From an uncultured Spirochaetota bacterium (GTDB lineage: Bacteria > Spirochaetota > Spirochaetia > SZUA-6 > Fen-1364), in the NCBI GenBank assembly GCA_963734545.1, contig CAVTHO010000003.1, positions 320,001 through 384,000 of the forward strand: DNA of 64,000 nucleotides, given 5' to 3'. Below, piece after piece: positions 1 to 11,399 of this stretch. The translations under genes and the position numbers were made by a program. Numbering within the stretch: the stretch's first letter is position 1; the number at the start of each line of letters is the position of its first letter. Below the pieces are notes generated by a model. That model saw nothing but the letters and a program-made list of their open reading frames with translations. It was not told the origin of the DNA and did not search any database.

Positions 1-2991
1 CCATTCGTGCAGCCACGAAACAACGGGAGAGCCGGGCAGATCGGCGCCGCAGAGCGGCCGCAGGATCGTCCAGGGCCAGAGAAATGCGCGGGCAGGCGCG
101 GTCTCTGCGGACATCCTCCCGGCAGCCACCCTCTCGGCAGCCGCGGGCGTCTCCTTCGGCCCCGCGCCAGGTCTGACCAGCTGCTTCAGCCGGGCCTGGA
201 AGTCGGTCATGCTCGCGCGTTCATTCACCCGGCCCCGCGCACGCTCCGCCGCGGGGCGCAGGAACTGCTCGAAACCGCGCAGAAGCATCTCCGGGTCCGA
301 CCTTCCCGGATCGAGAGCCAGAAGAGCGGCAAACGGGTTTCGCACAGGCCTGAGCTCCCGCTCTCTCAGGGCTTCATCCATGCGGGGGACGCCCCTGCCG
401 GCAAGCTCGGCCGCCAGGCCCGACCACCGCTTGTGCGCGTCGTCGAGCACGACGGAAAAATCGAGATACACCTGGCATCGGTAGGCGCCCAGCTCGGCGT
501 ACAGGCCCCTTTCCCACAGCTCGCGGCAGTTGCGGATGTACTGCAGGCCGGAGAAGTACTCCCGGAAAATCGCGTACGCCCCCGGGTCGTTCGGCAGGGC
601 AAGGCCTTCGCCGAGACATTTCTGCACGAGGGACTTTCCTTCGGCTGTTTTCACCGCAAACGCGGCGGAGGTGCGGATCCAGCCGCGGGTATCCGCGTAC
701 CGGTTGTTGTACAGCACCAGGCCGCGCTCGTCCCCGCTCCTGTTGGAGTAGGCGAATACGTCCTCGTTCACACGGCCCTCGACGGAGAAAAAGTCGTACA
801 GGAGAAAGCTCTCCACCCCGGAGAAGATGTGGCGCCTCTTGAGGAGCGGGAAGATCTCCCTTTCGTGCCGCGCCACCAGCCCCGTGTTCGGGAGCTCGTT
901 CCAGTAGGCGCGTCGGAACTCCATTCCGTATTTTTCCCGGATCCCTTCCACCTGGCCGTGCGCGAACATGGGCAGGCCCGGCATCGTCGACATGAGCGTG
1001 CACACGCCGAAGTACTTGTCACCGTCTCCGAACTGCTCGATGGCCGTCTGCTCGTCCGGGTTGCTCATGAAGTTCACGAACCTCTTGAGGACCTCGGGAT
1101 CGAATTCCAGGGTGTTGCGGATCGTCTGGCGGTAGCCGGCATTGTCCTCCGCCTTCAGCATGTGCATGAATGCGCTGTTGTAGACCCGGTGCATGCCGAG
1201 CGTGCGTACGAAGAACCCCTCCAGCATCCAGAACGCTTCGGCGAGCAGGAGCGTGCCGGGCGCTTCCCGCGCGACCCTGTCCACGACCTCCCGCCAGAAC
1301 TCGACCGGCATGGCCTTGTCGAAGTCGTGCCGGCTCAGGCCATTGCCCGCCCGGGAGGCGATGTCGCCTCCCTTGCCCGGCTCGGGGAACCAGAGCCGCT
1401 GGAAATGCTTCTTGGCAAGGGTCATTGCCGCGTCGAACCGGATGATCGGGAACATCCGCGCCACGTGCAGGATGGTCTGGATGACCGCCTCCCGTGTCTC
1501 GGGGTTCAGAAAGTTGAGCTGGGCCGTGTCGTTCCACGGCATGTGGGTGCCGTCGTTGCCATGATAGATCAGGCGCGTGTTTCCGGACCCGAAATCGACG
1601 CGCTTGAAAACCACCGCGGCGTCCGTCCTGTCCCAGTAGTGGTCCTCCAGATAGATCCCCACGCCGGGCACCTGGGATATGTTGGGCCCATTGAACGAGT
1701 AGGAGGGGAATGGCGGCCACGGATGGGGCCAACTGAGGAACCGGTCCGGGTGCTCGGCAATCCACCGCGAATCCACGCCCGTGTGGTTGGGGACCATGTC
1801 GCTCGCCAGGCGGATCCCCCGCTGGCCGGCCCGCCACTTCAGCGCGTCCAGCGCCTGCTGGCCTCCCAGCTCGTTCGCCACGACATAGTCGTACAGCGAG
1901 TACGCGGATGCCTCGGCGTCCTGATTTCCCATCCGGCGCTTTATCTCCCGTGACGCGGCGCTCCTTTCCCAGACGCCGATGAGCCAGAGCGAGGTGAATC
2001 CTGCCCGGGCCAGCCTGTCCAGCTCCTCGTCGGGGACCTGGTCCAGCCGCCGTATCTCCCGGCCGTGCGAGCGGGAAAGCTGGTCCAGCCAGACGAGCGC
2101 GTTCTTCGCGATCATCACGGCGCGCGGCATCCACTCCGTGTCGGAGCTGAATGCCTCGACCTCCGCGGTCATTCCTATGTACTCGTAGACTTCGGGCGGT
2201 CCGGGCGTGAACGCGCCGAACCGCAGCTTCTCCTCTTCCCGCAGCAGGTCGATGCCGGTGAGCAGGCGCAGCAGGAGGTCTCCCAGGAGCGCGCCCCAGT
2301 GCGTGCGTATGAACTCGAGCTGCCCGGCGAGGGACAACGGGGCCGCGCGCATCGGGCTGGCAAGCATTTCGACCAGGGGCTGATTGTCGGGGCCGAACAC
2401 GGGCTCCCCCTGGAAGAACTCCGCGAGTGTCTCCATGAGGGACGGGTACGAGGTTTCCGCGGCAAGGTCCGCGTGGTCGAAGAGCTCGGCAAAGGGGCCG
2501 AAGGCGGGGTTGGCGTTTGCCAGGGAAATGCCGAGCATCTCTTCCAGAGCGATTTCCCGGCGGGGCGTTCCTGATTCCTCACCTGACAGGTATTCCTCCA
2601 CCGACTGTTCGCCGGCTTCCACGTCAGGCGGCGGGAACTCTGAAACGAAACGCGCGAGCGCCTCGTCCACCGCGGGCGCGCCCAGCCGATCCACGGCAAA
2701 GGAGAGGGCTTTCGAAAGCGCTGCCTTGTTCACGCGGGCGCGATAGAGGCCTGCCACGTAATGCAGGATTTCGTCGATCAACCCCATGGCGTTCATGTCG
2801 CCGGCCCGAAGGGATTCTTCGGGTTTCGCGCCTGCCGCGGCGCGCACCTGGTTCATTCGCTGCGTGTAAAGCCGCGCGACGTGCAGGTCGAGGGACACGA
2901 CGTTGCCCGTGCTCGAGGAGATCTCTCCGGGAAAACCGTAGCGGGCGCGCGCCGCGCGCGACACGTGAAAGTGGAAAATCGGCCCCGGCAT
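1..2991 (-). CDS. Large alpha-amylase family (GH13) glycoside hydrolase, 3' end outside the window
   Basis: Manual translation from ATG 2991 (MPGPIFHFHVSR...) appears open to the window edge, so it is absent from the ORF track. Motifs GFTSLWLIGVWERS, DMVPNH, IRFDAAMTL and LLAEAFW. ATGA overlap with the malQ stop. Confidence 0.88.
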   Translation of the reverse strand, partial: MPGPIFHFHVSRAARARYGFPGEISSSTGNVVSLDLHVARLYTQRMNQVRAAAGAKPEESLRAGDMNAMGLIDEILHYVAGLYRARVNKAALSKALSFAVDRLGAPAVDEALARFVSEFPPPDVEAGEQSVEEYLSGEESGTPRREIALEEMLGISLANANPAFGPFAELFDHADLAAETSYPSLMETLAEFFQGEPVFGPDNQPLVEMLASPMRAAPLSLAGQLEFIRTHWGALLGDLLLRLLTGIDLLREEEKLRFGAFTPGPPEVYEYIGMTAEVEAFSSDTEWMPRAVMIAKNALVWLDQLSRSHGREIRRLDQVPDEELDRLARAGFTSLWLIGVWERSAASREIKRRMGNQDAEASAYSLYDYVVANELGGQQALDALKWRAGQRGIRLASDMVPNHTGVDSRWIAEHPDRFLSWPHPWPPFPSYSFNGPNISQVPGVGIYLEDHYWDRTDAAVVFKRVDFGSGNTRLIYHGNDGTHMPWNDTAQLNFLNPETREAVIQTILHVARMFPIIRFDAAMTLAKKHFQRLWFPEPGKGGDIASRAGNGLSRHDFDKAMPVEFWREVVDRVAREAPGTLLLAEAFWMLEGFFVRTLGMHRVYNSAFMHMLKAEDNAGYRQTIRNTLEFDPEVLKRFVNFMSNPDEQTAIEQFGDGDKYFGVCTLMSTMPGLPMFAHGQVEGIREKYGMEFRRAYWNELPNTGLVARHEREIFPLLKRRHIFSGVESFLLYDFFSVEGRVNEDVFAYSNRSGDERGLVLYNNRYADTRGWIRTSAAFAVKTAEGKSLVQKCLGEGLALPNDPGAYAIFREYFSGLQYIRNCRELWERGLYAELGAYRCQVYLDFSVVLDDAHKRWSGLAAELAGRGVPRMDEALRERELRPVRNPFAALLALDPGRSDPEMLLRGFEQFLRPAAERARGRVNERASMTDFQARLKQLVRPGAGPKETPAAAERVAAGRMSAETAPARAFLWPWTILRPLCGADLPGSPVVSWLHEW

Positions 2992-5001
2992 CAGGCGGTT
3001 CCCTCCAGCGGGCGCGCGGCGCGCCCGACAGTCAGCGCGCGGATGCGCTCCGAAAGCTGCGTGCGCGCCGCCAGCTCGTCCACCGACAATGGCATGCGCC
3101 ACGTCCAGTTTTCCCCGGTCACGGTGCCCGGCACATTGATCCTGCCGTCCCGGGGGTCGTGCGCCCAGAGTGTCTCGTCCAGGTCGAGCAGGTCCTGCAG
3201 CTGGAACATGCACAGGATGCTTCCCGCGCCGCAGCAGGCGGCCAGGATCTTCTCCAGCAGGCCGGGGAGTCATGCGGGGGGGGCAGGCCCCCTTCTCTCC
3301 GAGTGAACGAAAGAACAGCTCGCGCTCCGCCGCGTCCTCCTCCCACCATCCCCGAATCGTCGAGGTGTCGTGCACGGACGGCGTGCAGACAGTGAGCGGC
3401 GGGTAGCGCGCGGGGGGAATGAAAGCCGCCGGCGCGCCCGGCCCGGCCTGGTCGTATTCCCGGGACCACCGCACGATGCGCAGCCCCAGGATGCGAAGGT
3501 CCGCGAGCACGCGGGGAACGCAGCGGGGCACATCGCCCAGATCCTCCGCGCAGACAAGCATGTCGGTGGCGCCGCGGAGTATGGCGAGGAGCTCGTGACC
3601 CCTGGACTCCCACACCTCTTCCGATTCGCTCCGCCGCTTGTCGATCATCGCGCGCAGCCTCGATTTCTCTTCTTCGGCCAGGCTCTGGAATCCCCTGGTC
3701 CTGTCCATGTACCAGGAGGGGAAACGCACTCCCGGGTCATCCCCGGCGCTTTCTCCGAGCAGGGCCCTGTTCGCGTGCCAGGAGCGGAGGAAGCTCTTCA
3801 CTTCCGGTGGCTCGGCAAGCCCCTGGATCGCGGATTCGCTGTCGATCTCGGGCGCGATGTTGTACAAGTCCTCCGTGCCGACGCGCCGGAGCCAGCGCTC
3901 CGCTGCCCGCGGCGCCTCGGGACCGAGGGCAGCTTTCAGCTCGGCGCCGCCTATGTGCGGAACAGAAAGCCAGCGAAGGCGCCCCGCATCGAAGCCGAGC
4001 TCCTGCATGTCATGGGCAGAGAGACCGACGGACGGAGAGAACCTTCCCAGGAGGCCGGTGATTTCCCCACGGGGGATGCGCCAGATCCGGAAAAAGCCGA
4101 GAACGTGGTCGATACGGAAGGCATGGAAGAATTTGCCCGCCTGCCGCAGCCTCTCTTTCCACCACCCGTTGCCGTCCATCCCGAGATTGTCCCAGTTGTA
4201 GACGGGGAAACCCCAGTTCTGTCCGTCCGGTGAAAACATGTCCGGAGGCGCGCCTGCCAGCGCTCCGAGGTCGAAATACTTCCTCTGCGCCCATACATCG
4301 GCGCTGTCCAGGCTCATCAGGATGGGCAGATCGCCCTTGAGGTATACGCCCATGGCTTCCAGCGCCCGCGAGGCGGCGGCAAGCTGTGTCTCCAGTTGAA
4401 ACTGCGCCCACGCCTGCGCCAGGCACTGCGCCGGGTGGGAATCCCACCACGCGGAGATCTGTCCCGGGTCAGCGTCGGTCAGCGTCGGCCATGAAGGCCA
4501 TTGAGCCTCCCGATTGTCCTTCCTCAAGGCGGTGAACACGGCATAAGGCACAACCCAGGCATTCTCGGCTCGCCATCGAGTGAAAGCCCGGTCCGCGAGG
4601 ATCGCCGACGTGTTGTCTGCAAAGATGCGCTCGACTATGGAGAGCTTGAAATCGAGAGTCTCCCGGTAGGAGAAGCGCCCGCGCGCCGCATCCTCCCGGG
4701 CTGTCGATTCCTCGCGAAACCGCCGTATCTCGGCCGCGTAGATCTCCGCGCCGGGCAGCGCCTGCAGCCGGAGATACAGGGGATGCAGGGCAAATGCGGA
4801 GATTGCGCTGTAGGGGGAGCTGTTGCCGCCGGTGTCGTTGACGGGAAGGAGCTGGATCAGGTCCAGACCCGCGGCCCTGCACCATCCTCCCAGAGACACG
4901 AGGTCGGCGAACTCCCCCACGCCGCAGCTTTCCGCGGTTCTCAGCGCCGCGACCGGAATGGAGACACCGGTGAAGTACCGATCCAGGGGCGCGAAGCGCA
5001 T
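2991..5001 (-). CDS. malQ: 4-alpha-glucanotransferase (amylomaltase, GH77); one +1 frameshift near 3265, probably a sequencing error
   Basis: From ATG 5001: GVGEFADL, LIQLLPVNDTG..SSPYSAISAFALHP, GAPPD, YRIDHVLGFFR, PSVHDTSTIRGWW. The C-terminal RINVPGT..NW.WRMP lies in ORF 2991..3209. Confidence 0.92.
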
Positions 5002-5009
5002 GTCCCTCA

Positions 5010-5039
5010 ATGGTAGAGGATGCGCCCCCCTGCTGTCAA
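5010..5039 (-). promoter_or_regulatory. Sigma70-type promoter for the malQ-GH13 operon
   Basis: TTGACA-N18-TACCAT on the minus strand; the spacer contains a G6 run. The -10 box ends 8 nt before the ATG. Confidence 0.6.
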
Positions 5040-5088
5040 ACCTGCCGGAGGGAGTGCCGGGCAGGGACCGGCGGACAGGGCTCCTGCG

Positions 5089-5745
5089 CTAAGGTGTCGA
5101 CGTAAAGTGCACATCCTCCTGATTTGCCACCACGTATACGGAGCCTGCCATGACTGAAGAACCGAGATTGGTTGTCGAGTTTACTGCCGCGACTGTCACG
5201 GTTATTGGTTTACCGGAAAGGAGGATGTTTGCAGGAATATCATAGGAGGTCCAGGTGCTGGGAACAGTGACTGAAAAAGGATCTCCGGTGGCAGTGTTAG
5301 AGGAAACGCTCACCACGACATTGTCCAGAGGAGGAGCGACGAGGTTCCAGCTGATCGTGATGGGGTTGGTTACCAGGGTTGTCGCGGCCACAACGTTGAG
5401 CGGCTTGGCCGGCATCTTGAGTGTCTTGAGGATGTCAACGTCGTCAAAGGAGAAATGCATGGTGACATCGTCCCCCACGGCTATCGGGTTGAGGGTGTAG
5501 CTTATGTTGCCCAGGAACGAGGGGGGGACATCCTGGCCGTTCACGGTCACCGTCGCGGTCTCTACCGGGAAAAGTGCTCCACCCTCAATGCACACCACAA
5601 AAGCCCCAAAACCGCCCGCTGCCAGCCAATCCACCTCGGCAGCAAGGAGCTTCCCCTTGTTGGTGTCGCAGCCGATCAGCGCACCAAGGGCCACAGCGAC
5701 CACGCAGAGTGCCGACAATATGCCGACGTTGGGTCGATTTCTCAT
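5089..5745 (-). CDS. Hypothetical lipoprotein, beta-rich
   Basis: 218 aa ORF with a basic N-terminus, hydrophobic stretch and LIG-C lipobox-like motif; T/V/S-rich; GAGG Shine-Dalgarno upstream. Confidence 0.7.
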   Translation of the reverse strand: MRNRPNVGILSALCVVAVALGALIGCDTNKGKLLAAEVDWLAAGGFGAFVVCIEGGALFPVETATVTVNGQDVPPSFLGNISYTLNPIAVGDDVTMHFSFDDVDILKTLKMPAKPLNVVAATTLVTNPITISWNLVAPPLDNVVVSVSSNTATGDPFSVTVPSTWTSYDIPANILLSGKPITVTVAAVNSTTNLGSSVMAGSVYVVANQEDVHFTSTP

Positions 5746-5802
5746 GGTTGGCCTCGCTTGTTTGTGTACAGGAACCTCTAAAATTGTATCGCGGGGCCTG
5801 CG

Positions 5803-6577
5803 CTATTTCCTGCTCACCACCTCGGGGGAGCGGTAGTCCCAGTCTTTCTTGTCCAGGTCGGCAAGTATTTTCACCACCGCGTCCACCAGGGCCTCGCGCA
5901 TCTTCTTTCCCTTTTCCGGCGTCCCCTTTGTAGGATCGCCGCTCGCCCCGGTGTTGCGTCAGCTCGTTGAAGAGCCATTTCACGTCCACGTATTTCGGAA
6001 GGTGCGGGACCACCCCGGCGGCTTTGGATACGTCGCAGAGCTCGGGGAACAGCTCCAGGCAGATCGAGGTTTCTCCTTCACCGGCGTGGCCGAGTCCCTT
6101 CCATACCTCGAAGAAGCCCTGCGGCAGCAGGTCTCCCATCATCATCCACCACGCGTCCAGGGACACGATCTTCATCTCCGGGTGGGCCACTTTCGTCGAA
6201 CGGCCCGCCACCTCGATCGGAGCGATGTTGCCGTCGTGCCCGTTCATGATGAAAACCTTGCGGATCCCTTCCCGGTGGATCGACTCGAAGATGTCTCTCA
6301 GGAACGCGATTTCCGTCTCGAACTGCACGGAGATGGTGAATGGAAAATCCTTGTAGTGCTCGCTCACCCCGTAGTTCAGGGGCGGAAGCACCGCGGTTTT
6401 CGGCACCCGGGCGGCAATGTCCAGCGCGATCAGGTGAGCGGTCAGCGCGTCCGTGCCCAGGGGCAGGTGCCCCCCGTGGCTTTCCAGGGACCCCAGGGGC
6501 AGGATGACCTTTTCGAAGGGCGATGCTTTGTAGTCGAACGTGGTGATGTGCTGTATTTCCAGCGGGTTCTTCTTCAC
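5803..6577 (-). CDS. Creatininase / cyclic amide hydrolase family protein; +1 frameshift near 5955
   Basis: Motifs GSLESHGGHLPLGTD, YGVSEH, NGHDGN and GHAGEGETS. The corrected frame continues GASGDPTKGTPEKG...DWDYRSPEVVSRK to TAG at 5803. Confidence 0.88.
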
Positions 6578-6594
6578 GGGTCTGCCTCCTTCTG

Positions 6595-6623
6595 AAAAAA
6601 GCGGGCCGCTCCTCGCGGCCCGC
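6595..6623 (-). terminator. Intrinsic terminator-like hairpin between the binding-protein and creatininase genes
   Basis: Minus strand GCGGGCCGC-GAGGA-GCGGCCCGC followed by TTTTTT. Confidence 0.75.
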
Positions 6624-6642
6624 CAGAATCGTACGTCTCGGC

Positions 6643-7815
6643 TCAGGGTGCCGGTACCTTCTCAGGCACTACTTCCTGCGCCAGGGTGAACTTCCCGTCC
6701 TTCACCAGGATGACCGTGACCCCCTTCTGGGGGATACGGCTCCCCGGCTGGAAAGTGATTGCCCCGGTGACTCCCGGCAGGTCTTTCGTTGCGTTCAGCG
6801 CTTCCCGGATGGCCTTGGGGTCGGCGGAGCCGGCGCGCTTGATGGCGTCCACCAGAAGCTTCACCGTGTCGTAGCCGAGACCGGCGAAAGCGTTTTCCGG
6901 CGGCGTCTTGTATTCCGCCTGGTAGGCGGCGATGAATGCCTTGACCGCGTCCGTGCCGAGGCTCGCGTCCATGAGAGAGTGCGTGGTGAAATAGACTCCC
7001 TCGGCGCCGGCACCCGCCACCTGGATGAGCAGGGGCGTGTCGTAGCCGTCACCGCCCATGATCGGCTTCTTGATCCCGGCGTCGCGGAACTGCTTGACGA
7101 TGGTCCCGATATCATCCGGACCCGCCGAGATGTAGAGCATGTCGGGCTGGGTCTTCAGGCCCCGGAGCTTCGTGATCTGGGCGGAATAGTCCTTGTCCCC
7201 GGTCTGGTAGTTGTCTTCCAGGACGACCTTCCCGCCCAGCTCGGTGAACCGCTCCTTGAAGTATTTGCCGAGCAGGAGCGTGTACTCCATGCCCTTGTCG
7301 ATCAGAAGGTAGGTGGTCTTCACTTTCAGGCTGCTGACCGCGTATTCCGCCCCTGCGGCGGCCTGCACATTGTCGCCAAAGCAGGCCAGGTAGAGATAGT
7401 CGGGCACCTGGTCAGGCAGTTTCGGCGAGGTTGCCCCTGAAGAGACGAACACGATGCCGGCTTTTGCAGCGGTCGGCGCCGCGGCCATCACCATGTCGCT
7501 GTCGCTGAACCCGAGCATCGCCACGACCTTGTCGGTCTGGGTGAGCTGGGTGGCGGAGTTCGCGATCGTGGCGGCGTCCGTCTTGCCGTCGAACGCCACG
7601 AGCTGGATCTGCTTGCCCAGCACGCCGCCGGCAGCGTTCACTTCTTTTGCGGCGAGCTTGGCGCCGTTTGCCGACGGTGCGTCGAGTGACGCCTGCGCGC
7701 CGGTCATGTTGTAGATCATGCCGATCTTGATTGTATTGCCCCCGCCCTTGCCGCCGCAGCCGACTGCGAGCAGGGACGCGGCTATCACCAGCACGAGTGC
7801 CAGTCTGGTTTTCAT
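6643..7815 (-). CDS. Liv-type ABC transporter substrate-binding lipoprotein
   Basis: Lipobox LAVGC; IKIG..MTG..A, INAAGG-like VNAAGGVLGK, YQTGDKDYSAQITK, GYD.V.LL..AI..AGS and GVTG.ITF. Confidence 0.92.
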   Translation of the reverse strand: MKTRLALVLVIAASLLAVGCGGKGGGNTIKIGMIYNMTGAQASLDAPSANGAKLAAKEVNAAGGVLGKQIQLVAFDGKTDAATIANSATQLTQTDKVVAMLGFSDSDMVMAAAPTAAKAGIVFVSSGATSPKLPDQVPDYLYLACFGDNVQAAAGAEYAVSSLKVKTTYLLIDKGMEYTLLLGKYFKERFTELGGKVVLEDNYQTGDKDYSAQITKLRGLKTQPDMLYISAGPDDIGTIVKQFRDAGIKKPIMGGDGYDTPLLIQVAGAGAEGVYFTTHSLMDASLGTDAVKAFIAAYQAEYKTPPENAFAGLGYDTVKLLVDAIKRAGSADPKAIREALNATKDLPGVTGAITFQPGSRIPQKGVTVILVKDGKFTLAQEVVPEKVPAP

Positions 7816-7846
7816 ATACGATCCTCCTTCAATGGGGCAGATTATG

Positions 7847-8905
7847 TCACGACGGACGGCCCCGCTTCCAGCCCCCTTTGATGATCCGCCGGATGAGGCT
7901 TCCCAGCTCTATCTCGCGCCCGCCCATCAGGCCGGCCGGCTTGAACACGATGATCAACACGAACAGGATCGCCATCAGGATCTGGCTGGCTCCGTAGATG
8001 GGCGGAATATGCACGGATCCGACGTCCAGGCCGCGCTCCGCGTTGCGCAGGACCTCCGACAACACCGTGATGATGAAGACCCCGATGACGGATCCGCTTA
8101 CCGAGCCCAGGCCGCCGATGACCAGCATGGTGATGACGGTGAATGCCTGCACGAAGAAGAATGACTTCGGCGAGAAGGAAGTGATGAAGTGGGCCCACAG
8201 GGATCCGGCAACGCCGGTGAGAAAGGCGCTGAAGCAGAAGGCCAGGAGCCGTGACCGGATGACGCTGACCCCGAGAGAGCGGGCGGCGATCTCGTCGTCC
8301 CGTGCCGCCCTCATGTCGCGGCCGAACTGCGACCTGCCGATCCTCCAGACCAGGTAGACGCTGAGCGCCGCCCAGATCCAGACGTTCCAGATGCTGGAAT
8401 AGGGCGGCACCCCGGCAAACGTCCGGGCCCCCCTGGTCACCTGGTCCCAGTTCACCAGGACGACCTGGACGATCACGAGGAAACCGAGGGTCGCCACCGA
8501 CACGTAGGCGCCCTTGAGCCTCATCAGGGATATCCCGACGACGAACGCAACGCACATGGCCACCGCTCCGCCGATCAGGGTCGCCGGAAGAAACGGGAGC
8601 GCCGCGTGCGACATCCACCCGGGCAGGCTGGGGAGATTGACCGCCTTCAGTGCCACGGGAAGCGTGCACACCGACGCGGCATACGCCCCGATTGCCATGA
8701 ATCCCGTGTGGCCGAGGGAGAACACACCGGTGAACCCGCTGGACAGGTTGAGACTCACCACCAGGATGATATTGATGCCGATTCCGATCACGATCCTCTG
8801 CACGTAGTCGCCGGCAAAAAGCTCGGCCGCCGCGAGCAGAAGGGCGAGGAGCGCCAGCAGCAGTGCCGGGGGTGCCAGACGGAGCGCCGGCGCCTCGGGC
8901 CGCAT
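7847..8905 (-). CDS. livM: Liv-type ABC permease
   Basis: SLNL..GFTG.FSLGH.GF.AIGAY, RLKGAY.SVATLGF, GR.MRA.RDDE.AA..LGV and IGGLGS. Confidence 0.9.
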   Translation of the reverse strand: MRPEAPALRLAPPALLLALLALLLAAAELFAGDYVQRIVIGIGINIILVVSLNLSSGFTGVFSLGHTGFMAIGAYAASVCTLPVALKAVNLPSLPGWMSHAALPFLPATLIGGAVAMCVAFVVGISLMRLKGAYVSVATLGFLVIVQVVLVNWDQVTRGARTFAGVPPYSSIWNVWIWAALSVYLVWRIGRSQFGRDMRAARDDEIAARSLGVSVIRSRLLAFCFSAFLTGVAGSLWAHFITSFSPKSFFFVQAFTVITMLVIGGLGSVSGSVIGVFIITVLSEVLRNAERGLDVGSVHIPPIYGASQILMAILFVLIIVFKPAGLMGGREIELGSLIRRIIKGGWKRGRPS

Positions 8906-9797
8906 CAGATCTTCTCCTTTTCCGTGCTGCCCAGGATCCCGTTGGGCCGGAACAGGAGCAGGGCGATCAGGATGACGAACACGAACGCGTCACGGTAGGG
9001 CGTGAGCGCGGAGGGCAGGAGGCCCTGCAGGAGGATCTCCAGTCCGCCGAGAACATACGCGCCGATCACCGCGCCGGGAAGGCTTCCCAGGCCGCCGATG
9101 ACCGACGCGACAAAAGCCTTCAGCACCGGGTTGAATCCCATCAGGGGATCGATCTTTCCGACCCGTGCGCTCCAGAGAATGCCGACCACGCCCGCCAGGA
9201 ATGAACCGATGGCGAACGCCGCCGCGATGACCTTGTTGACGTTGATGCCCATGAGCCGCGCAGCCAGGAGGTCCTGCGCCGCCGCCCGCATCGAGATGCC
9301 GACCTCGGTGCGCGTGACGAACAGGGTAAGGGCAAGAAGCAGGAAGGCCGCGACCGCGATGGCAATCAGGTCCAGGCTCGCCAGGCGCAGCGCGCCTGCC
9401 TCTATCACCGAGCGCAGGATTGCCGGCGCGGGGAAGGGGCGGGAAGTCGGCCGAAACAGGATGATCGCCAGGTTTTCCAGGAGGATCGTCACGGAGAAGG
9501 AGGTGAGCAGCATGGCGATCTCGTGGGCGCCGCGGATGGGCCGGTACGCCAGGCGTTCCATGAGCAGTCCCGCGAGCGTGCTCGCCAGGATCCCCGCCGC
9601 CGCGGCGACGAGGAAGGGGAGTCCCAGGACGATCAGAAGCAGCGCAACATAGCTTCCGACCATGATCAGGTCCCCGTGCGCGAAATTGATCAGTCTCAAT
9701 ATCCCGAACACCATCGCGAGCCCGATGGCCATGAGCGCGTACAGGCTTCCCACGCTGACCGCATTGATGAGCTGCTGCAGAATGAGCTCGGGTCCTG

Positions 9798-9801
<4 letters not shown>
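8905..9801 (-). CDS. livH: Liv-type ABC permease
   Basis: GSLYAL.AIGL.MVFGIL..INFAHG, G..MRA.AQD..AA.LMGINV and LFRP.GILG. Confidence 0.92.
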
Positions 9802-10506
<705 letters not shown>

Positions 10507-10523
<17 letters not shown>

Positions 10524-11316
10524 CTTCCTCGACCTGTCCCAGGTAGGATTCGATCACCCGTGGATCACTGCGCACCTTTTCAGGCGTCCCTTCGGCAATG
10601 ATCTGGCCGTAGTTCAACACCTGGATACGCTCGCAGAGCCGCATGACGAGCGGCATATTGTGCTCGACCAGGATGAGGGTGAGCTGATACTGGTCCCGAA
10701 TGCGGCGGATGAGGTCGAGCACGAACGCGCTCTCGGCGCTGTTCATGCCGGCGGTCGGCTCGTCCAGCAGCAGGAGCTTCGGCTTCAGCGCGAGCGCGCG
10801 CACGATCTCCAGGCGCCGCTGGTCGCCGTAGGGAAGCGAGGTGGCCATTGCCCCTGCGCGGTCTTCCAGGCCGAACAGCCGAAGCTCGTCCAGGGATTCT
10901 TTCACCAGCCGTTCCTCGACCCGCTGGAATGAAGGCCACGTGAGGAGAGTCGGCAGCATGCGGCTCCGATCGTGGAGCTGGCGCGCGCAGGCCACGTTCT
11001 CCATCACCGTCATGCTGGAAAAGAGGCGGATATTCTGAAAGGTGCGGCCGATCCCCAGGTGCGCAATGCGGTCGGGGGGGAACCCCGTTATGTCGCGTCC
11101 TTGAAACCGGACGGTCCCCTGCGTGGGGCTGATGTGGCCCGTCAGCAGGTTGAAAACGGTGGATTTCCCCGCGCCGTTGGGTCCGATGATGCCGAGGATT
11201 TCCCCGGCGTGAAGCCGCAGCCGGTACCGTTCCACCGCGCGCAGGCCCTTGAACGTCTTGGACAGATCCTCGACTTCAAGCAGTACCCCACGCGAGCTGT
11301 CAGCGGTGCCGGGCAT
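10507..11316 (-). CDS. livG: Liv-type ABC ATPase
   Basis: GPNGAGKST, RTFQNIRLF, LPYG.QRRLEI.RALA, LDEP.AGMN and EHNM. Confidence 0.93.
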
Positions 11317-11353
11317 CGGTCCGTGTATAACACAACGCGACGGCTTGGGGAAG

Positions 11354-11384
11354 GCGGCCCGTAGGCAGGGATGCCGAGGGACGC
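11354..11384 (+). repeat. GTAG/GGA-loop hairpin element, family 1, copy A
   Basis: GCGGCCC-GTA-GGC-AGGGAT-GCC-GA-GGGACGC; same architecture as the copies at 51624-51706 and 62221-62277. Confidence 0.65.
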
Positions 11385-11390
11385 TATAAT
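11385..11390 (+). promoter_or_regulatory. -10 box of the CBS-SpoIIE gene, near-leaderless
   Basis: Perfect TATAAT 9 nt before ATG 11400, with no Shine-Dalgarno in between. Confidence 0.55.
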
Positions 11391-11399
11391 CTGCCCCTC

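Noticed and set aside
7-1953. Long antisense ORFs (e.g. 7..1953, 17032..18648, 25689..27272, 35006..36916, 47433..49670, 51752..54040)
   Set aside because: They are shadow ORFs opposite well-supported genes in high-GC DNA, with no recognisable motifs.
1-5001. Apparent MalQ-GH13 fusion: one frame appears open from 5001 to the window edge
   Set aside because: It results from the +1 error near 3265. The true MalQ C-terminus is in another frame and ends in a TGA overlapping the amylase ATG.
5052-5086. GCCGG-GCAGGGA-CCGGC hairpin as a further family 1 copy
   Set aside because: It has an AGGGA loop but lacks the GTA/GA internal loop and is antisense to the flanking genes; too degenerate to call.
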